Shown here piece after piece: positions 56,401 to 64,000 of a DNA stretch of 64,000 nucleotides. The translations under genes were made by a program, and so were the position numbers. Location of the stretch: NCBI GenBank assembly GCA_015680685.1, contig MNCI01000673.1:1-64000 (forward strand). The letters run 5' to 3'. Position 1 is the stretch's first letter. Each line of letters begins with the position of its first letter. The stretch comes from Gnetum montanum (taxonomy: Eukaryota > Plantae > Gnetophyta). A model generated the notes under the pieces. That model saw only the letters and a program-made list of their open reading frames with translations, searched no databases and was not told the DNA's origin.

Positions 56401-58460
56401 AGAAGAAGATGAAAGGCATTGAGCAAGCATGAACCATGAAACAGTTCCTCACAAAGGATTCTCAGTTCAACTGGGCTACTCATTTGGCTTTTGGGCTACA
56501 AAGGGAGATCCTAAAAATTTGGGAGAATCTTGACATGATAAACCACATGCATTATGCATTCTTTGTAGTGTATCTTAGGATGTTCATGGAGTTTCTAGTG
56601 GTGTAGAGGGATGGATGATTAATGTTCCAAGATCCATACCAGCTTTCTAATCCTGGGGGTAAAACATATCTTTCCAACCATGTAGGCTTAGAACCCACTA
56701 GAGAAGATTGGGGAATTGATGTTCATTATCACTAAGAATTTTAGTGATGTACATTATGCTTCCCTTGACAGCATGGGGATGCAAATCCAAGTTTTCCAAG
56801 AGAATGTTGAGAAGGCCAAGGAGTTTCACACTGAAGTTGATGGAGTAGCTACATTGAAGTTGAAGAGGCTTGCAATTGAGAAAGTAGCACCAATTATAGA
56901 GCAGCCTACGAAGAGGATTCTTGTGGCTAAACTTAGCCAAGTGCATCACTTGGTCACAAGTGCATCTTATTTATTCTATCCTTAGATTATCTTTGCATTT
57001 ACACTTCATGTTATATGGCTATATTGTTTTCTTTTAGCCAAAATCATGCTAAGTCATTCTATGTTTTAGTTCCATTTTTCTTATAGACAAGCAACAAGAA
57101 CTGGTAGCCTAAGTAGTAGTAGCAGAGGTAGAGAAAAGGTGCTTAGAGGAGGAGGTGCTACAAAAACATGAGGATGAGGGATTATGCAATGCCACATTGA
57201 ATGATCTCAATGCTATATTTGATGGCTCATAGCTAGATGAACCCATTGTTATCATCTCAAATGATATCCCAAGTGCTTATGAGCTTTGTTTTAATGTGTT
57301 GTATTTCATATTTTCATGTTTAAGCTTGGTTTTAACAATATGGGCTAGAGTTACACCTGTTGCAGTTCCTAAACCTAGTTAGGTACCTCAACCTCTACAT
57401 TCCACATGAAACCATGGGTGGAGGTTTCTAATAAAATGAAGTTCATATGTTGGATTATCATGGATATGATCAATTAGTTGCAATAGGATTTCCCGATGTT
57501 GTTAAGAATCTAAGTTTATCTTTATCTTCATCATTGGTTCATATAGGTCTCATGGTCATGTGATCTTAGTGGTTTAGAATTTTTTTAGTTATTCTTTGTT
57601 GTTTAACATGCATGTATTGTTGGTATATTACTTGTAGTGCCTAAGGTTGGATGGGATTCCAACCATGCCATGGAGATTGATGCTCTACCTAGCTTGCCAC
57701 TTGAGGTGGAAAGTGTTTCATGAAAGTTATATGAAAAGGCCACTAAATGTACATTTTCATTTGTAATAACTTTGTTGGAATGCGAATGTTCAAACAAGTT
57801 TCTATGAGAGAGGTTCATGGCATTAAATAGGGAGACTATGAGATAGGTTGAAGTAATTAGAGATCTCTAGGATTGTAAGGGATTCATGGAAGCCCAAGTG
57901 AATAATAGGGAGTCCTTGTAGACCAAAGAGATAAGATGGAAATGGTATTGGAATGCCATTCATGGAAAGATTGCTCTTTCCAAAAAGGTTGCAAAGTATA
58001 AGTTGTAGATGCACCTATTAGCCTATAAGGCTAGGTAGTGGAGGGAGTATTATGCCAAGGTCCTCAAGTCGGGCTGAGTAGAAAAGGACCATGAGAAAAA
58101 GTATAAGGTTGAACAGGAGGCCTATCTTAATTGGTTGTAGGAGGAGTCCACAAAGTGATGCAAGTTGGAGCCATTCATGAAGGGGATCCAAGTAGAGTGT
58201 GTCTATAAACTATTTGAAGGATCTTTAGTGGTGGATGACTTCCCAACTCGTTAGGTTACTATGGCTTTTGGGGATGTAACTATAGCTATGTTTTCATAAG
58301 AGCCACCTATATGGACCAATATTAATGAGAGAAACATCTTAACAGGAATTAATCTCACAAATGTGGATTGGGCCTACATGACCTAAGACCAAATCATCCA
58401 TCATTTAGAGGTTGGTTTTCAAAGATTCATCACAAAGGAAACTACTCTAGAGTCTTCCTA
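53420..58460 (+). pseudogene. Decayed multi-exon gene of unknown function, antisense to element E
   Basis: Purine-rich coding-like blocks (e.g. ORF 56716-56985; KDHEKKYKVEQEAYLNWL) alternate with T-rich blocks ending in TAG acceptors (55905, 57086, 57637). Confidence 0.55.
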
Positions 58461-59245
58461 GGTTTGTTTAATTTTTTTAATTAGTTATATTTTACTTTAA
58501 CTTAGTCTGTGGTTTAATTATATTGATTATTAACTAGCCCTTTGTTGTTATGATTGGTATGGGTACCAGGTGACATCAGCCTTTGTTTATCTATGAGACA
58601 TTTATTGTTATTTTACATTATTGCTACATAGTGTAGTTATGGTTATTCAAACTTTTATTTATTCTAGACATTTGTTAATTGAACTTTCATCACACTGTGT
58701 GAGTTATGGCTATAGGCTATGGACATTTTGGTTATTATCATTATATCTATTTTAATTTGGCTTATACATTCTAGCATTTTTATTTTTATGCATTTCATGT
58801 TTATGTTATGAGTCCATGTTAGGCTCCATTGGTTGGGTCATGTGGTTTTATAAGGTTATTCATTAAAGTAAAAGAAAAATGCATGTTAAACTATGGCAAT
58901 GAAAGGTAGACTAAAGCATAATAACTAAGAATAGATTATGAAAATGTTGCTAGTTTTAGGTTATGGTGGGTCATGTGTTATCAATTTTAGGCCATGGTGG
59001 GTTATGGCTTTTACCAATTTTGGGCCATGGTGGACCATTCATTTTTTTTTAATTTAAGACCATGATGGGCCATGCATTTTGAAAGGGAAGAACAAATAAA
59101 AGTAAACCATAGGTTACATGCTACAAATGCTAAAACAAGGTAGAATAAAGTAATGCAAAAAAAAAATGATGCATGTAAACAAAGGTTAAAAAAAGATTAT
59201 GCTACATGGTTGGTGGGATAAGATGAGAAAATAAGAAACATATGT

Positions 59246-60476
59246 TCAATTGTGCAAGTTTTTCCTAATCTTCAAGAGATTATGAAAGGTGTAGGGTCTA
59301 TGTTGCACAATCTTGTATTCCCTATTTCCTTTGCTAATCATGTTGAAGGGGAGCTCTTGCCATGATGCATCCACAGTTACATTGTTATCTATTTGGGCCT
59401 CTTTTGCTCTATCAGGTCTTTGGACTTCATTTTCTATAGTAGGAGCAGGTTCTTGAAACTCCATCATAAATCCTTGTTCTATGTCCACATTGTTGACCAC
59501 CAAGGGAACTCCACTATCATTATGGACAATTATTCCACCTCCCTCATAAGACAAGTGAATTTCTTGGTGGATGGATGAGCAAATAGCTCATAATTGAGCT
59601 AACCAAAGCCTCCCAAGAATGAGATTTAATTTTAGTATCTCTTCTACCATAAATAAATTTGTTGTTTTGGGGAATGATTCCCCTACTGCAAAGTCCAAGG
59701 AAATTAATCTTTTAACTATAACCTAAGAGCCATTAAAGGATTTGAGAGAAAAAGTTGATGTATGTTGCATGTGCTCTATTATGAGTAAGCATTCAACAAT
59801 GGTGTAGGGTAGAAAGTTAGTGGCTACCTCATCACCCACATGTACCCTATGTACTTTTTATTACCATACTCTTATTGTTATGAAGAGAGGGGTCTTGGTT
59901 GTCATGCCATCTTGGGGGGTTGTTCTTGATTTCACTATTAAAGAACACTAGTGTTGTTGACTTCATTTCTTTCTTAGGTGAAGGTGGTACAATCACCATG
60001 TGGATGGACTCTCCACTAGCGAGGATGCCCTCACTAACAAGAATAGAAGTCAACATCTTCACTAACATCTCATGGTATGCAACAAAGGTTATTATCAATT
60101 CGTGCAAGCTAAGGGATGTATTTTTTTTGTTTTAAAGACTATTTAACCTATTCCATGGCATTAAGAAAGTCCTTATCATTTGTTGTCATTTTTTTATTTT
60201 TGTTCGCTTTGAGTTTCTCCATGCATCCCAATATGCGAACTTTATGTTTAAGTGGTTGTGCCTTAGTCTCTTTCCCCTTTCCTTGTGGTTTGGAGTCCTC
60301 CTATGTTTGGCTACTTAAAGTGGCCTAAGTTTTAGAGCTCATGGGAAAGGATGAAATAGGAGTGGGCTTCAGTAGGCTTACTTCCTTCCATGCCTTGGCT
60401 TTGTTGTTGTATTTGTTCTTGGGTGAAACACCACAAAATTTTGGGTCTCAGCATCTTGACAACAAATTTGGCTAAA
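59246..60476 (-). pseudogene. gag end / aspartic protease of element E
   Basis: HRVHVGDEVATNFLPY (degenerate VDxGxxxNxLP), LKSFNGS, LLGR-W-like, PSTK, continuing into ORF 59246-59554. Confidence 0.65.
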
Positions 60477-60596
60477 TGTCAAAACAATGGCATTTTGACC
60501 ATATTCTATCCAAGTGTTGAGTGTAGTTAGCTCCAACTACCAAATTTGCAAAATTTTTCTACGTGTTAGAATCATGGCACTTTCTATAGATTCACA

Positions 60597-61392
60597 TGTC
60601 ACACTGCATAGTGTAGTGCAACGTAGCACCCTGTCACACTACGTAGTGTAGCATAGTGTAGCACCCTGTCACACTATGCAGCGTAGCATAGTGTGGCACC
60701 ATGTCACACTACGTAGCATAGCGCAGCGTATCATCCTATCATGCTGCATAGTGTAGCGCAGCATAGCATCCTATCATGCTGTGTAGTGTAGCATAGTGTA
60801 GCACCTTGTCACACTACATAGTGTAGTACAGCATAGCACCCTGTCATGCTGTGTAGCGTAGCACAACATAGCACAGTGTAGCATCCTATCACACTACGTA
60901 GCATAGCACAGTGTAGCATCCTGTCACACTACGTAGCATAGCACAATGTAGCATCCTATCACACTACATAGCATAGCACAGCGTAGCACCATGTCAAGCT
61001 ATGCAATATAGTATGGAATAGCACAACGTAGCACAAGTGTCAAGCTGTGCAGTGTAGCACAGTGTAGCGCAATGTAGCACAAGTGTCAAGCTATGTAGTG
61101 TAGCATAGCATAGCACACCTATCCAGCTATGCAGACAACATCCCATGTCCTGCATGTAACATGGGACAAGTAGAGTAGACAGCATCCCATGTTCCACATG
61201 TAACATGGGACAAGCATGGCAGATAGTATCTTGTGTCTCTCATGTAACACGAGACGAGCATAGCAAATAGTGTTCTATGTCCTGCATATAACATGGGATG
61301 AGCATAGAAGACAGTGTCCAATGGCCTATGCATAACACAAGACAAGCATAGCAAATAGCATCTTCTGTCTCATACGTAACATTGGACAAGCC
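60597..61392. repeat. Tandem arrays within LTR of F: ~34-bp units, then ~41-bp units
   Basis: GTCACACTACGTAGCATAGCACAGTGTAGCATCCT-like units, then ATGTCCTGCATGTAACATGGGACAAGCATAGCAAATAGCATCC-like units. Confidence 0.9.
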
Positions 61393-62199
61393 CAATAGCC
61401 AATGTCCCACCTGATCCACATTTTGGGCTAACCCTAGCCCTATAAGTACCCCTACACCCTAGTGTTTTAGGAGAGGCATGGAGGAAGAGAGGGGTTAGCT
61501 TCCATTTTTCACCAGTAAGGTAGTTGGCACTTCCATTTTGCATTTGACACTCTGGCATCTTGAAACTTAGCTCTGTGGCCAAACGAGACCCAGAGCACAC
61601 CACATCGGAAGAAAGGCATAACTACACTACATGGTATACTACAGCCCCATTGCAACCCTATAGAAGATCGCATGGTACACCATGGCTACCAACCCGGTAG
61701 GCACAATTCAACATAGTGAACACTAGACTTCACAACCTGACACCACTAAGGCTATGACTATGCTCCCACTACATCTATTATACATTTGTGTATCTTTTGA
61801 GACTCATTGCGAATTAGCTATTCTCCCTCTTTTGGGGCGGTGCATTGCTGTTCTGAAATTCTGTTGCATTTCTCAAGCATTTCTCTTTTTCATTTAGTGT
61901 AATGCTTGTATTTTCTTACTTTTCATGCATATTTGCATGTTCACGTCATAGTTCTCAAGCTGGGACACCCTACTATGCTCTAGCTTTTCCAGACCTGATG
62001 CCCACATGTAACGTAGTATAAACTCTTCTCACACATGGTCATTTTAACACCATGTAAGTCCCTGTCTAATTGACAAGACCATTTAGGGCATCCCATTTCC
62101 ATTTTCCCTAGCATAGCCCCCACACGAATTTAGGGTTAGGTTGTACGCTCGTGGACTTCTCAGTGTTCCATCCACCAACATTTTTGGACATCACAGTTT

Positions 62200-62217
62200 T
62201 TGTAGCTAGAAGAAGGG
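62200..62217 (+). promoter_or_regulatory. Primer-binding site, tRNA-Asn type
   Basis: TGTAGCTAGAAGAAGGG versus TGGCGCTAGAAGGAGGG, the complement of the plant tRNA-Asn 3' end. Confidence 0.7.
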
Positions 62218-62278
62218 CCTGACCATTTCCATCTCCATTTTTTGATTAGCACTTAGTCAAAACTTTGGATGTTCTAGA

Positions 62279-62640
62279 GAGTGTAACAAGTTCTTAGAGT
62301 GTAGAAAGCTTTAGTGTAGCGATCTTGACAAGCTATAGTGTAGCGAGCGTGGAAAGCTCCAGTGTAGCGAGCATGACAAGCTATAGCATAGTAAGCTCTA
62401 ACGTAGTAAGCATGGCAAGCTTTAATGTAGCAAGTGTGGCAAACTCTAGCATAGCGAATGTGACAAGCTCTAGCTTAGTAAGCTCTAGCATAGCAAGTGT
62501 GGCAAGCTCCAACGTAGCAAGCATGACAAGATATAGCGTAGCAAGCTCTAGCGTAGTAAGCATACCAAGCTACAGTGTAGCAAGCTTTAATGTAGTAGGC
62601 ATAGCAAGCTTCAGCATAGCAAGCGTAGCAAGTGTAGCAC
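62279..62640. repeat. 24/15-bp tandem array in the 5' UTR of F
   Basis: CAAGCTCTAGCATAGCAAGTGTGG-like units; source of the repetitive ORFs 62325-62767. Confidence 0.9.
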
Positions 62641-63437
62641 CAAAGTTGGCCATTTTCACAGTTTTCATACTTAGCATTTTTTCTATATTTTTCCACTTAA
62701 CCATTTTCATATAATTTTCTACTACTACATACTTAGTCATTTTTCTGCAATTTTCAGAGTTAGCCATTTTCTACAAACTGCAACTCTCACAACTCAATCT
62801 ATGAATATGAATTCAGGTTAACCTTCCACATCAATGTCTAACACGTTTGATACCACAATCCAGCCAAAGCATCCTACACAAAGCTACGAACAATATAATT
62901 TTTTTGTGCCAAAATTCAAGCAGGACTACCAGTGGACTACATTCATTTGGAGGCAAATTAGGACTATGAACAAGTCCACTAGAATGGATGGAAGTACAAC
63001 CCCTCCTTGTTTGACATAATCTCACTCACGAAGTCCTACCACTAATTGTTGTTCCAACTCATCTATGCAAACAAGCATGATGCAAGGACAACCTACGAGG
63101 AAGCCTCACAAAAGGAAGAAGATGAGTTTGAGGCCCACTTCGAGCATGAGAGCCCCTTCTACATTGTCTTCCAATGACCACTCCCTAGTATAGCCCCTTA
63201 GTTCAATCCACCCATCCTCTTTGAGATGGTGACCATGTCAATTCATCCTTCCTTTCAAGAAACTAATGCATTTTCCCAACACTATGCTCATGCAGGGACC
63301 ACCTCCCAGCCCCACAAAACTCAAGTATTCTACATCCCACCTATCTTGTTGGTGTCTGTGGTATCTATCCAACCTACTCATGTGTGTTCTACTTTGATCA
63401 CCACACATGTCTCTCAGCCAACACATCAACTAAACCC

Positions 63438-63580
63438 ATCCACTATGATGTTAAACTAGTAACAACTGTTCACTATGACATTAAACTAGAAACAAGCAGC
63501 TACTATGACATTAAACTGGCAATGCCTATCCACTATGACATTAAACTAGCAACAACCATCTGCTACAACATTAAACGAGC
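63438..63580 (+). repeat. 30-bp in-frame-length tandem repeat (about 5 units) in the gag region of F
   Basis: CCACTATGACATTAAACTAGCAACAACCAT-like units. Confidence 0.85.
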
Positions 63581-64000
63581 AAACTCCACAACCAACAATT
63601 TGACCCTATGCTATGCAACCAACACAAGCCCAGCCAATGTAACCAGCTGGCACATCCCCAAGCTTGGATCAAGCATTCCAACTGATCCAAAGCTTGATAG
63701 AGGAGATCAACCGACTCAAGGCTACCTCCTCCAACATCATTAAGGTGGTGGAATTCTATTGAGATGATCCCATAAGTCATATGATACCACCTCTAACTCT
63801 CCCAACTGGGGTCCAACTACCTTAATTCACCAAGTACAATGGTGAAGGGGATCCTAATGCACACTTGGTCATATTTTAATCTGAGTGCCTACTCTTTCAA
63901 GCCTGGCCACATGTAATCATGCACATGTTCCCCATGTCACTCATGGACAAGGCCTTAGACTAGTATTGCATGCTACCCAAGGCCTCAATCTCCTCTTTGG

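Larger units (their letters stand above)
45644..60476 (-). mobile_element. Tat/Ogre-type Ty3/gypsy element E (5' part displaced by insertion F)
   Basis: - strand order PR (~59870-59550), long spacer, RT, RH, aRH, INT, then probable 3' LTR (~46993-45644, TATA-like CCTATATAAA ~46340). Confidence 0.8.
60477..64000 (+). mobile_element. Tat-type Ty3/gypsy element F (5' LTR ~60477-62195, PBS, 5' UTR, gag start)
   Basis: LTR end ATCACA then TGTAGCTAGAAGAAGGG PBS; gag LP*FTKYNGEGDPNAHL..MFPMSLMDKALD*Y..LPKASIS from ~63800. LTR start is inferred. Confidence 0.8.

Noticed and set aside
62325-62767. Ser/Val/Ala-rich ORFs as real proteins
   Set aside because: Open on both strands because of the tandem repeat, in the 5' UTR of F.

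Overview
AT-rich plant (eukaryotic) heterochromatin-like DNA, mostly decayed, nested retrotransposons; no intact host protein gene, rRNA, tRNA or CRISPR is supportable. Contents left to right: Athila-type Ty3/gypsy element A (+; integrase end 1-1470, env-like ORF relic, PPT, 3' LTR 13585-14420). A is interrupted by Athila-type element B (2036-10878), whose LTRs/PBS/PPT are on - but whose gag-pol is on +, apparently an internal inversion. Then an RTE LINE tail, a CpG-retaining island with a solo-LTR-like unit, an ~88-bp repeat array enclosing truncated Athila-type element C, a second CpG-retaining non-TE island (26.8-30.4 kb), L1 and RTE LINE relics, and a CRM-type element D (37866-44336, -). 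Last come a Tat/Ogre-type element E (-, with archaeal-type RNase H) and a second Tat element F (+) inserted into E. The most unusual structure is the ~8.7-kb spacer (putative intron) between protease and RT of E. It carries a decayed antisense multi-exon gene and an array of 11 palindromes spaced 181-201 bp apart. All translations and alignments were done by eye; most boundaries are approximate.
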